Positions 52,030-64,000 of a stretch of 64,000 nucleotides of DNA are shown piece by piece (the first letter of the stretch is position 1; each line of letters starts with the position of its first letter). Under the pieces are notes generated by a model. It saw only the letters and a program-made list of their open reading frames with translations. It had not been told where the DNA came from and ran no database searches. A program made the position numbers and the translations under genes. Origin of the DNA: Paraspadella gotoi (taxonomy: Eukaryota > Animalia > Chaetognatha); assembly GCA_051294375.1 (NCBI GenBank), contig CM119267.1:5879992-5943991 (forward strand). The letters run 5' to 3'.

Positions 52030-53670
52030 TTAAATTTGGTCGGCCAAAATGATAACCGCTTCGTAGAAGCGAATCATCTTAACAAAAACATTTTTATCTA
52101 ATCTCTCGTTAACCCCATGAAATCGCTTGGAGTCTTTCATAGATTTGTCCAAAACAAAGGGAGCGAATCTGTAAGCACCGCACTTGCTTAGATCGACGAA
52201 GTGTTTGGAATCGGTCCCACCCATGGTCAATGCGGGCGCAACGAGGACATCTCCAAAAACAGCATGAACAGCACCCTTAATCACATGATAGGCGGCATCA
52301 TCAGTGCCATATGGGGCCACCGGTGCTGGCTCATTGGACCACGTCGTGTTTGGTAAATGAACTGTAACATCAAAATCTTGAAGAACTTGCTGGTCCCACT
52401 CCAAAACTAGGCTCATGTTATCACGGGGATGAATTCGGTGATTGACTCGGGCCTTGGCCGATTTTGGCAGGACGTTGTCCTTGACCCCACTAGAGATCAT
52501 GGTAAAGGCAGTAGTGGTTCGTGCTGAGGCTGACATGACTGGCGATCGCTCCATGAAAATCTTGGTGATCCATCCGAATAACCACGAATTCCGCAGAACA
52601 AACTTTTGCACAAATGAAAAGTAGGGGGCCAGAATGTCTATGGTCTTTCTGTTCAAGTCATCGGGATCAAAATGAAATGGCAAGGGGTTATCTCTCAGTG
52701 CAAGGAGCGCCTCGGCCAAATTGGGTATCGCCATCTTTGCCGGTGGGACTGAAGAATGGCCAGCTTCAGACGTGGCCTCTATCTCTACCGAGAGGAAGCC
52801 CTTTTCCGAGACGCCTACGAGAGCAACGTCGTGATTGAGCCCTTTAAAAAAGTTTCTGGTGACTGAAAACCCTTCGTCGAGGATGAACTCAAGGCGTGTT
52901 CCTCGTTTTCTCAACAGGTTGGCCGCAGCGCCAGCGCCTTCCCAGCCCCCAATTTCCTCATCGTGTCCGCAAAAGAAGAGAATGGTTCTTTGAGGCCTCC
53001 ACGACGAATTTAATTTGGTCTCCAAAACGCTGGCGATAGCTATGAGAGAAGCCTTCATGTCCAGAGTGCCGCGACCGTACACAAAGTCTTCCGTCACTTT
53101 ACCTAAGAAGGGATCAAATTCCCACCCATCCGCGGCATCGGCGGGCACCACGTCCATGTGCGCGATGAACAGGTAAGGCTTGAGCGTTTCGTTACTGCCT
53201 TGAATTTCGAATAACATACTAACTTTGCCAATCTTCGTCAGCTCAACGCGAGAGGCATTGTGCAGCTGAGGAAACTTGCGCCGCAGGAACTTAAGGAATC
53301 CGTGCTTGGCGTCCAAATCCTCATCACGACTGTCGCCATAGGAGATGGTACGATGGCGGATGGCTTCAGCCAAAGCCTCGACATTTACTACCTTGTGGTT
53401 CGCGTCGTCAAAAATTGGTAGGCGAAGGTTACGAGCCGTAAAATAAGTATCTCTGTCGATGATATCGTCGGGCGGAAGCAGTGCGAAGACCAGACAGGTA
53501 AGCAAGAGGGCAGCGATCAAAGTGACACCAGGGAGCAAAATACAACCACAGATCCATCTTTTCCCTCTTCGACGAGTCTCTATGCGGGTTTCTAGTCCGT
53601 CTAAACGTTTACCCTTCTTGAGAAAGTCATTCTTTTCGTCTTCTGACTCGGTAACACGGTTGTTCGACAT
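52030..53670 (-). CDS. PM20D1: M20 peptidase, PM20D1 / carboxypeptidase-S-like, with N-terminal signal anchor, single exon
   Basis: Metal-binding motifs AHMDVVP, GRGTLDMK, GHDEEIGG, LDEG, GHSSVPP, GGTDSKHF, RFHGVNER. Hydrophobic segment WICGCILLPGVTLIAALLLTCLVFALL. Confidence 0.88.
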   Translation of the reverse strand: MSNNRVTESEDEKNDFLKKGKRLDGLETRIETRRRGKRWICGCILLPGVTLIAALLLTCLVFALLPPDDIIDRDTYFTARNLRLPIFDDANHKVVNVEALAEAIRHRTISYGDSRDEDLDAKHGFLKFLRRKFPQLHNASRVELTKIGKVSMLFEIQGSNETLKPYLFIAHMDVVPADAADGWEFDPFLGKVTEDFVYGRGTLDMKASLIAIASVLETKLNSSWRPQRTILFFCGHDEEIGGWEGAGAAANLLRKRGTRLEFILDEGFSVTRNFFKGLNHDVALVGVSEKGFLSVEIEATSEAGHSSVPPAKMAIPNLAEALLALRDNPLPFHFDPDDLNRKTIDILAPYFSFVQKFVLRNSWLFGWITKIFMERSPVMSASARTTTAFTMISSGVKDNVLPKSAKARVNHRIHPRDNMSLVLEWDQQVLQDFDVTVHLPNTTWSNEPAPVAPYGTDDAAYHVIKGAVHAVFGDVLVAPALTMGGTDSKHFVDLSKCGAYRFAPFVLDKSMKDSKRFHGVNERLDKNVFVKMIRFYEAVIILADQI

Positions 53671-53786
53671 TTTGAATGCGAAATTGATTGATCACTTTTT
53701 TTTAAAAATTGTATTAAACACAGAATGTTTTGTCTAATTATATTTCGCCGGTAAAAATGACCAAAAAAATATTTCAATCTACAAGG

Positions 53787-55547
53787 TAAAAAATCGTAAT
53801 TTGCAACGTTGTCAAGATTGTTTTAATCTGAAAGATTTTTTCGGTAGTAAAAACTAAAATCATTCATATATCCAAATTTGTGATTGGTTTTGATTTGACT
53901 TGGTAATGAGCGGAGAAAAGTTGCTTTCAAAATCGTCTTTCATTTTAAAACTTGATTTTTCTTTCTTCAATCTGTTTTTCTAACTTTCTAAACATTTTTA
54001 TAAAAAAATATTACATAAAATAGTATCAATATTAATATCTTCTGAAAGCTCTTGAAAATATGAAGAGAATGGAATAATTAAAATTACTGTAATATAAAAA
54101 TTGGCCCATCCAGCTTTAAATCAAAAGGTAATCAAAACTAAATTAATTATTAAATTAATTATGTCCAACATCCTGAAGAGCAGTTTTGGAATAATTATTA
54201 AATTATTGTGAGCTATTTTAATTTAGTTTTTTTCAAGCTTTTTATGATACCTATATAAACAAAAATTGGTTATATCATTATAGTATAATTGGTCAGATAT
54301 TTGAAAAAAATATCTTTTCGGATTTTATTATGAATTTGGTACAATCAATATATATTTCAATTTTGATAACCTTGATTAAACTAAAGCTGGTTAGGCTTAT
54401 TTTTATGTTACAATATTCTTAAATATGTCATTTTTTAAAAATTTCAAAAGCTTTGAGAAGATATTAATATTGATACCCTTTTATATAAAAGTTCTTTAAA
54501 AAATGCTCAGAAAGTTAGACAAAAAGATTGAAAAAAATCTTAAAAGCATAAGGATCGTCGCAATCGCATAAGAAAAATCTGGATTGACGACAAATTTTGA
54601 TACTAAAAAAAATAAAATTTGAGAAAAGAAAATTAATTTATAAACAGAAAGAAAAATTATATTTTGCGATTGTCAATTAAAAAAAATAAAGTACCGAGGA
54701 AAATTAAAGTTACAGTTTCTGGAAAAAAAAAGAAAAAAAAGAAAAACCTTTTTCATTGTCAAAAAATAAACTGATCAGCAGACGCAGCCCCTGAGAAAAA
54801 AAACGAAATAAGAACCCGATGTTTCGATAGCAAAATGATAACATGCACAAATGCGATGCCTAATTTTTCAATCCTAATTCAATTTTTTTTTAATAAAAAC
54901 GCAGAGAGAGAGAGAAGCCAAATCGTTTTCGGACGAATCAGCAGTGGCATCAGCAGAGCAGAAAAAAAGAAAGAAATCAAAAAGCAGTAGCAGAAGAAGC
55001 AGGAGAAAAGAGAGAAAAAGAAAGAGCCCCTGCAGAGCCAGCTGCAGACTCGTTTTTTTTTCTCGATGAATCAGCACTGGGAAAAGAGAGAGAGATAGCT
55101 ACATATAATTAAAAGTGAAAAGAAAGAGAAGAGACATAAAAATAAAATATAGGATATTTGTTTGTTTTGATAAAACGTAAACAAAACATATTTAATAACT
55201 GTCCTGACCCAATTTTAAGGACATCGATGATGAGAAGCTGTATATAAATTTTCAGCTTCATACACCCAAATTTAATCATCAAAAAGGCGATCTATAACTT
55301 GGAACAACGACGACGACGCCGCCACTTAAGTGCAAAACCACAGCAAAATCGTCGCAAACGCAAAGCGATTGCGACAATAAAAAAGTTTTAAAACGAAAGA
55401 CGATTTTTAAAGCAACTTTTTCCCGGTTGTCAAATCATAACCAATCAATATGAAATTTGGATATATAAATCATTTTGGTTTTTACTACAGAAAAAATCTA
55501 TCAGATTCAAAAAATCTTCACAGGTTTGCAAATGGCGATTTTTTTTA
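53787..55547. mobile_element. Foldback/MITE-like element with ~270-bp diverged inverted arms; right arm interrupted by a HINE
   Basis: Left arm ~53787-54060. Its reverse complement is found in two pieces, ~54440-54537 and ~55385-55547, separated by the HINE copy. Outer ends are approximate. Confidence 0.75.
54538..55378 (-). mobile_element. Helentron-associated interspersed element (HINE/DINE-1-like), copy 2
   Basis: Colinear with 17814-18502 except for the variable middle. Sub-TIR ATCGTCGCAATCGC at 54554-54567; terminal hairpin 55348-55378; inserted into an A-run. Confidence 0.72.
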
Positions 55548-56061
55548 TAGCGGCGGGTTGTCGTGTGTCACATTGTATAGCGTGGGCGACGATAGATTTG
55601 ATTTAACTTTTATTTTCTAGGAAAAAAGTATCATTGAAAAATAAAATTTCTAGCAAGACTGCGGTGCAACAGTTACGCTACGCCTTTTTTCATTGTGTCA
55701 TATGCCAACAGTTTTTTGGTTTTTTTTATGTAGAATGTTAATGAAATTGTGGCGCATTTGAGCCGTATCTGTCTATGGAATAAAATCTTTTTTCGTCCCA
55801 AAACTTGCGTTCTGAAAATTATTTTTGAGGAACTAAAAAAAAGGATGTTTTTAAGAAAAATAATAACGAATTAACGATCAAACAAGTACCAGTCCCCCTA
55901 CTATTTCATTGGACTAGTTAGACGTTTATATAGATTTCATCAAACAAAACATGATACAATTAGAAACAACGTAGCTCCCGGCATAAAAGGCACAAAACTA
56001 TTATTATGGCACAACCGCTCAATAATATATGAAACTTAATGAAGTGGCGGGGAAGAGCATT

Positions 56062-59000
56062 TTAATTTTTAGGACGGGATAATGGAGAACTTCTATCAAT
56101 TTTTATCTTTCTCGGAGAACTTCTACGAGGCGTCGTTTGACGCCAGCCTCTCTTCGCGACAGTTTGCTGCTGATGCTGCTGTTGCCGTAGGCTGGACTCA
56201 TTGCACGTCTTTCGCGGAGAGACTCGCCTGGTCGACCGAAAATCAAAATCGTCGTCATCGCCGTCGTCGTTGGGGGAAGTTAGCAACATCCTGGGTCTCG
56301 ATGTTTTCGGGGTTCCAGAAACGGCTTGCGTTTCGTTGTCCATGGATTGATCAGCTTTCGACGTTGGCGACAACCGCACCAATTTCACGCGGCAGGAATT
56401 GACGTCAGCTCCCGCTGTCTCCCTCGAGGACGCTGTCATCGTCCTTCGCCGATCGATCGGGCGATCGGATGGTTGAAAATCGTCCAAGTCATCGTAATCG
56501 GGCGGAAGCGGGGGCGAAATAAGATTGGGGCCTGAGTTTTTGGAGGTGGCGAGCGGGGTGGACGCGGCGAAAGCAGGGGCGGCGGATGGAGGGGTCGACG
56601 TCACGCAGCGAGGAGGCCGGCCGGACGGGGTGGTGGCCGAAAAACGGGACGGATCCCCATGTGAAATTTGAAATGGCGGAGCGGCGATGGAAGTTCCGAA
56701 AAGACGGGAGTTAAGAGTATGGCGAGGGGAGGCAGTGGAAGGTGAAGAAGAATTGCATAAAATAGTAGAATCAGCGTCTTGAATCGAAAAATCGTTTGGT
56801 TTTTTCTTGCGGCGCAACTTGTTAGTTCTGGCAGGAGTCATTACCACATCCGTGGCAGGTGCTGTCGCAATTTTGTTCAACAGATCATCGGCCATGGCGT
56901 CGATAACAGGATTATTAACCACACTTGGTACCGGATTATCCAAACGTCTAAACGACGATGTCAAGTCGATCGGTTTCGTTAGCGGTGGTTCTGATACGTC
57001 GGCTTCCATGTCTTTCGCCATCACCAGCGTTCGACGAGATCTTTTTATGGGCGGAGTCGAAGACGGCGACGCCACAACATGAACCTTATCCAGCGGAGCT
57101 GAAGACGTCGCACCCCGCCGACTTTTGGGCGGTGACCAGAGTTGTTCCGAGATAGAGCACTTGGCGATTTCCTTGCACGTTCGGAGGGAAGCGCGACGCG
57201 TGGGCGTTGATCTCTCTGACGCCCGCCTGGGTCCCTTCACGCTGGGAGAGGGCAAGCGTTTGGGCGTCGATGGTTTAGACACATTTTTTGCGAACGGAGC
57301 GACTTCGACGAGGGTTTCTTCGGATGCTTCGGAAGGCGCGAGGGAATTGGAGGAGTTTCGGCGAACGAGGCGAATACCGAGACGCGCGTTACGAGTAGGC
57401 GTGAGTTCATACTCGGCGTCGCCGACTGGAAAGTGTTTGGGAGCCACATCGCGGGAGTCGGGCTGATGAGGGGGTTGTGATGTAGAGCCTAAAATATATA
57501 AAAAAAGTTTCATATTGCTTAATGCATGAAAAGAAAGAAAGCAGCAAATACCCTGTGAATTTTTATGAACCAAATCGAAATAGAAAAATCGTCGGTGTGA
57601 ATCTTTCACCGAAAATTTTGCTTGGAGATTGTATACAATTTAACGTCAAAGATGGGAGAAAATTTGAATCAGAAGTTCCAGGTACACTTCAATGTGAATC
57701 AGAAGCACTAAGTTCTAGGGATATAAGTTATGCCGCCTTTGATCAAGCGATTTATGAACACAGTTTCAACAAATCCAAGGAACCTTGGTTTCTGAAAAAA
57801 CCTCAGATTTTGAAAATCCACCAGTGTGTGGAAACAAGGTTCAGCCAAAATCACTAGAGACTCCCAACTCCAGATGATGATGGAGCAGGGCTGACCAGTG
57901 ACTGAAAGATGCACCTTTTTAACAACAAATGGAATCAACTTTCTCATCAAAAATAAGTGCAGTATAACTTACCTTTACCCTTTTCTCATGAAGCCAAGAC
58001 ATCTTTTTACTTCATTTTTTGTAATTTAGTAACATTAATTAAATGTGTTTACAAAAACCCACATCGTTAACTGCGCTGAATCAGATTGTAGAAGCAAATA
58101 TGCAGCAGATTACCGGGAAAATTTTTTTTTAAAACCTCGTGAATTTTAGGAATTAAATTTTTTTATCTCTAGAAAGGAGGACATCATGAGCATACACTAA
58201 GTATAAATCTGGTACATTTTAAAAACGTCAAGGACTTTTCTATCAAATGATATATATATAATAAGTTAACTTTTATTGAGTAGTTTCTGGGTAATAAATT
58301 TTTAGTTTGTGCCGGGGTAGATTCAATAGTAACGCTCACTAAAATTAAAAATAAAACTTCACCTTGAGAAGGTGTCCGGCATCTCGAACCGGACGGACTA
58401 GAAGGTCTGGAGATGCTGATCCGAACGCCTTTTCTCGACGGAGTGCAGACGTAGGTAGACGCGCCCAAGTCTGGGTTGGTGGGAATCTCATTTATTAAGG
58501 CATAGTTGGCCCGAAGAGGTCGCGTTCTCCGAGGCGGCGTGTCGTGCGACAGCGAGGAGAGGGCCGCGGCGGCGGCGCCGAGGATGGCGGCGTTAGGATC
58601 GATGGGAGAGAGCGACTTTTCCAAATGATCGTTGAACTTTGAGATGGTGTTCTCCAAAAAATCGTCGGCGATTGGCTGAGCGTGGGTTTCCTCTACACCG
58701 GCGTCGTTCTCTTTCTTTTCCCTCCTCTCCGCCTTTACTTGTTCCTTTGCTAACTTCTTCATTTTCCTCTTCTCTTCCTTCTGCTTTCTCTTCTCCTCCC
58801 TTCGAGCCTCCTTGGCCGTCCGCTCCGACGAGTTCTGCCGACTCAACTCCGGCGTCTTGCCCGTCGTGATCTCCATCATTCCGCGCTGAAAGTTGGACGA
58901 GACATTGGCCGAAGCTTTGACGGCAGACTTTCGAAGACCCAGTAGTTGGGCGAGCTTGGCGCAGACCATGTCCGCGCTCTTGGTCGATGGCGAGGATGCT

Positions 59001-61741
59001 TCTCCGGTTGTCTGAGAGGACTGGTACGGAAGGGTCGAGTCGTTGGCCGACTTATCGGCCTCGGGTGACTCGTCCGCGGGAACATAGTACCAAAACGGTT
59101 TCCGATCCCTTTTCTTGGCTTCTGGACTTCGAGACTCCCGGTTAGTCGCGACAGTTCGGGACGGAGTCGTCTCGATTTTAGGGACAGGCGGAGAACAAAC
59201 GGAAAGAGACTTCCGGGTCAAAGGTCGGCGCCTCTCGGCCGTCGATTGTGTCGACGACGAAGCTGCGGAGAAAGATGGGACGGGGGACGGGGTGCCTGCA
59301 CAATTTCTCGTCCTTTTTTTAGACGGGGAACGAGACGGTGTAGAATCTTTTGAATCTAAAGGTTTTGTCGCTCGTAACTTCATAGTTGAATTAGAGACAT
59401 TCTTCGTTGGTGAATCTTCCTCGTTCCTAACTCTAACTGGAGGAACTGATGAAGCCAACGCTGGAATTGCGATAACTACGGGTGGCTGTGGTTTCGGATT
59501 CTCTTTTAAAATTTCTGTAGCTGAAGAAATTTCTGCCAAAATTGGGGAGGCACTTTGTGTCGGACATTTAGGAGTTGACTCGGTTGAGTTTTCGAACGGG
59601 ACCAAGCCAGAAGTTTGCCCTAGGGTGGTAGCACTTGAATTAGGTTTGAGTAATTCTTTCATAGTCGACAATGTATACTGTGAATTGTGCAAAAGAGTTG
59701 TGGACCGAAATGCTTCTTTTATTTTTATAGATTCGTTAAAAGGCACTTTCTGCGACTGCTGGCTTGAAAATAGAGTCTTATTTAATTCATTCATGTCGAG
59801 AGCGATTTCAACGGATTCCTTTGAATTCATAGAAACATCAGATTTAGGAGCTTCGTCGTATTTAGGGGGATTTTCTGATGAACCAGGAACAGCAGTGTTG
59901 TAATCATTAATCGTTGACGAAGCTGTTGTCGGCGTATAAGTAGGTTTATCCGAGCAAGCAGTAATAACGGTCAGTGCTGACAAGGAAGGAGCACCAATTG
60001 GATGTTCTGGGGTTGTTTCTTTCGTAGTAGTCGTCGACTTAGCGCATTCCTGACTATCCGCCGCTTCAACAATACAAGATAAATCTCTAGAGTCAGCAGC
60101 GGGTGTCGTCGTTGTTAACGTCGTCGAGGCCTCTTTCTTTTTCTTAGCTCCAGATCGATTAAGAGTCGCAATCGCGGCCATTTTTAGCTTTTTGGCCGAA
60201 GGTGAAAAACCGCGATTCGACGACGTCGGCGAGAAAAATCGAGGCGATTGCATCGAACGCCGCAACTTGCTATTACCCTTGCAATGGGCCGAATCGGGCT
60301 TGGGTCGGCACGGCGTTTCGCAGGCGTCGCGCGGGGGCGTAGCCGTAATCGTTTCGGTCGTCGTCGATGACGGAGGCGTTTTTGTCATCTCCGTTTCCAC
60401 GAATTTCGTCAACAAATCGGAGATCGAGGGCAGAGAGGCGATCATCGCGTCGATGGAAGCGAAGTTGGAAGAGTCGGAAACGAAGGCGGCGTGTTTGGCG
60501 GAGAGAACGTGCTCGTCGATCCCCTCGCGATAATACTCTTGGCAACATTCGCAAAAACCAGCCTTCTTCTCGACCTCCTTTCTCTTTAAGGCCTGTTTCA
60601 ATCTATCTTTAAAAGTGTGATCTTTTTTCTCCATGGACTTTCTGTTGACATGGTCAGGAGCCAGGTCTTCGTCGGCAGGAGACGCATCAGCTGCCGCCAC
60701 CTCCGCCGCCTTCTTTCTTTGCTGCCTCGTCGTTGCCCTATTCGGGATATCTCCGACATCGGCTTCAGACTTGTCGTCGCCACGACCACCAATCCCGTTT
60801 TTGACAAATGGGGAAAATGTCGAGGGTCGGCCGTTGAGATAAAGCACCGGCCATTCCCTTAACTCGGCTACGACTGGACGCAGGTTTCCGGAAAGATCTT
60901 CGATCTTGAGAAAGGGAGCCCGGAGCGTCCTCAACTTCGCTTCTTGGAAAACACCGGCATCGGTCGCATCGGAAGGAGCAACGGCGGCGGGTGAATTGTC
61001 TCGCGAAGACAGTTTTTTCTTCCAATTGTCAATGAGTTGAAGAAGAGCGTCCACATGAATGACCTTAATTCCCAAGGCTTTAGCCTTGGCTAAAATTCCC
61101 GACAATTTGACGACACCACCGTCCGAATTTCTCGAGGTTCCTGCCTTCGCAACGTTTTCGGCCGTCGCTTGGATGCTGTTTGTTTGTCGTTTGCCGCTAC
61201 TGCCACGCGCTTTTTCCAGAAGAGCCTGAGCGCGTGAAACTTTAGCGGGCGGCGCCAAAGCGCAACTCGCGGCACCCGGAGATCCGTCAATGGGCGACGG
61301 GGTGTCGGCGGGGGAATCGAGGATGAGCGGCGATCGATAGGGGCTACGAGAATCAGAGTCACGACCGACAGAGTGATGCTTCTTCCAGTAACGCGCTTCC
61401 TCATCATTAGAGACAACGTAAGAAGTGTCTTTGGAAAAGCAGCCATCGACGATGCCTCCCAAAGCCATCACCTCTTCAGCCACGCGTTTGGTCAACGAAG
61501 GCTTTGCGCATTTTAACTCCAAGTAAAAGGATTTGCCCTCGAAGGGCAGCCTCTTGCCCGTCGAGTGTTTTCGCAGCCTCTCGGCGGAATTATCGTTGCG
61601 CGAATTATCCTTGGAGCTGCTGTTCGTGTTAGGAGGTGTTGAGAGGCCGGCTTCAACGCGACTTAAGGACTGAGATGTCGCCAGACCAGAAACGGGCGCG
61701 CTGGCGCCGCGGCTTCCACCGCGGTGACTTCGAAATGACAT
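56062..61741 (-). CDS. DBF4: DBF4/Chiffon (Cdc7 kinase regulatory subunit), 2 exons, ~1601 aa
   Basis: Motif N/BRCT (LPFEGKSFYLEL...LGGIVDGCFSKDTSYVVSN), motif M (LRAPFLKIEDLSGNLRP...WPVL), motif C zinc finger (KKAGFCECCQEYY...HVLSAKHAAF). Exon 61741-58363 joins exon 57488-56062 in phase 1; assignment of exon 2 to this gene is inferred. Confidence 0.88.
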
Positions 61742-61961
61742 GGTTTATCGGCCGCAACAACGGCCATTCATAAAATCAACATGATTAGAATGATTCAATA
61801 ATTTCTGAGGTAAAAAAAGGGGTAATTAACCTTAAAAAAATCAATCGTAAATTTAGTAAATCTAAAAAATCCCAATAGAAATATAACATCTACGCAGAAT
61901 CCAAATTAATTTATAATTTGTCGATTAGACCCAACCCCTCCCAAGATAAACGGTAAAGAAA

Positions 61962-63892
61962 TTAAAATTTTAAATTGAGTAACGTATTTCGCTCTCTTGT
62001 ACTGAAAAGAATTTTGTTGGACTTTGCTTGAGCAAAGACGTCGAGGCATTGAGATAAAATTGTTCTCGTTTCTTCCGGAGCGATAACTCCGTCGATCCAA
62101 CATCGCGACGACGCGTGCAGAGCGGTTCGCTCGTTAGCCAATCGTCCTTCCAGTTTCGATCGGTAGTCTTCAGGAACATCCGGAAAAGCATGGAAAACGG
62201 CGCTGGGCTCCAACAAACCTGTAATAATATTAATAACTTGAGAGGGAAAAAAATTGTGCGAAAATTTTAAAATTAAAAAAAAAGTGTGACAAAAAATATA
62301 AGTTAAATTCGCAACTTTTCCGTTATCGCCCATACCTGGAATAGGCGGCGATGCCTGTGGCCAAGCGAAGTAAAATCGCGGCCCGGAAGCTGGGGGCGCC
62401 GCAACGAAGGCGGATACGTCACTGTTGCACCCCGTTGCCACGGTGACCACGGGAGATCCACTGCAAGCGAAGGCGGTCATGAGTTGAGAGTGCGCTCGGA
62501 TAGTGGGCGTGACTTCGTAAAAATCGGACGCCGAATCCTCCGGAGATAATACAAGATTTGTCACGAAACGAGACATGTTAGATTCTCCTTTGGCCTTTCC
62601 ATCGCAACAAGCCAAAACTATCAATGGAATGTCTCTCTGGGCGCAGATTTGAACAAAGTGGCATCCCTTGATGGCGTCCTGCTTGGCGACGGGACCGCCG
62701 AAGCCGATTATCCCGACCAATCTGCCGTTGAGATGGGCGAATCCCGCTCGAGTCAGTAACGAATCACCGTAATGGGCCCTGAATTCTTGAAATCTGCCGT
62801 CGTCGACGACGGAAATTAGGATTTCGTAAAAATCTGGATCGTTTCTCGAAGCCAAGGCGGACGGAGGACTGGCGGGTGGCAGAGGGTCGAGAGACGGAGG
62901 TGGGAGGGAATCGAGATTTAACGAGGCGACGATTGAGCGAATCATGGAAAAGGCTGAAGAGGAAGTGTTTGGTAAAACCCGTTTTGAATTTTTATCGAGA
63001 TTTCTAGAATTCTATTCACCTTCCTCTTCCGTCTCCGCGTAATGATCAGTGCATCCGCTGACGCGACAATGGAGATCAGCGCCGCCTAATTCTTCCGCTG
63101 AAACGGTCTCCCCCAAAGCGGCTTTGACCAGGGGCGGCCCGCCAAGGAACACGTGGCCAACGGCCTTTACGATAATCGACTCGTCCGACATGGTGGGCAA
63201 GTATGCTGCTCCGGCCGTGCAACTGCCGCATACGAGAGCTAACTATCAGTAAAATGAAACCCAAGAAGTCGGGAGAAAAAGTTTTTAATTTCGTCAACGA
63301 ACTAATCCAACTTTTATATCGACACCTGCGGAATGCCTTTGGCTGACATGACGGCTTGATTGTAAAAGACGCGTCCTCCAGGATTAAAGATTTCCGACTG
63401 AAGCGGGAGAAAGGCGCCGCCAGAGTCGATGACATATACGCAGGGCAAAGAGTTTTGAAGGGCGATTTCCTGCGCACGCAACTGTTTTCTGACGGATATA
63501 GGAAACATTGTTCCGCCCTTGACGGTCGCGTCGTTGGCGGTCACGAGGCAAAGTCGATCGTGAATGGCGCCGATTCCTGCAACCATGCCGGCGGCGGGAA
63601 CGTCGCCGTAGTCCATGCCAAGCCCAGCATGGAGAGAAAGTTCGAGGAAAGGGGAGTCTGGGTCCAATACGCTTGCGACACGATCGCGTGGGAGGACCTT
63701 TTTGTTTTCGCCGACGTGCTTTGAGGCGCCGCGCTTTCCCCCGCCGGCCAGGGCCAAGGAGGTGGCCTTCTCGAAAGCCTCGCGGTCGGGATTAGGCGCG
63801 GCGGCGGGTGCGGTGGCATCCAATTTTAAACGAGGAAATGCGGTAGTGGAGGCACGGCGGAGGGAATGGGAATGGAGGACACGAGGAATCAT
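61962..63892 (-). CDS. Methylcrotonoyl-CoA carboxylase beta-like carboxyltransferase (MCCC2 paralog type), 4 exons
   Basis: [98 protein letters not shown]. The Arg/Ser-rich N-terminus from ATG 63892 resembles a mitochondrial presequence. Confidence 0.85.
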
Positions 63893-64000
63893 TTTGGGAT
63901 TTGCCTGGGAGGAGACAAGGCGTTCCACAAGCGTAAAAGAGATTTTCAGATTAAAAATGGACTTCATTGAGGTGGAAAAAAGACGACAATTAGTAAATAC

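Noticed and set aside
57522-57960. Plus-strand ORF and ATGATGA...CTGA (C/D-box-like) motif in the DBF4 intron
   Set aside because: The boxes are antisense to the host transcript and too close together, and the ORF has no recognisable homology. Possibly an old TE fragment but unsupported.

Overview
Eukaryotic (most likely animal, invertebrate) genomic DNA with GC/CpG-rich exons and short AT-rich introns. By hand I can model 15 well-supported genes plus one tentative orphan gene, and all lie on the minus strand. In transcription order they are MCCC2-like carboxyltransferase, DBF4, PM20D1, orphan, MON2, EXD1, ASPM, F-box protein, copine, DROSHA, PEN-2, C2H2-zinc-finger/Myb protein, GEMIN7, ANGEL, class-3 lipase and Speedy/RINGO (runs off the left edge). 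Most stop-to-start spacers are 200-500 nt and one is only 56-107 nt. Many start codons are preceded by an unpaired polypyrimidine-AG site. Together this suggests operon-like polycistronic transcription resolved by trans-splicing (inference). Other notable items: three GC-AG introns sharing AG|GCGAGT; a ~2470-aa Drosha with a ~920-aa C-terminal low-complexity tail and a perfect 36-bp hairpin in one of its own introns; duplicated alternative terminal exons in copine; a 405-bp IQ-array duplication in ASPM; and several small transposon relics (TA-flanked MITEs, Helentron/HINE-like elements with one nested in a foldback element, and a LINE fragment). All gene identities come from remembered family motifs, not database searches, and exon coordinates were read by eye.
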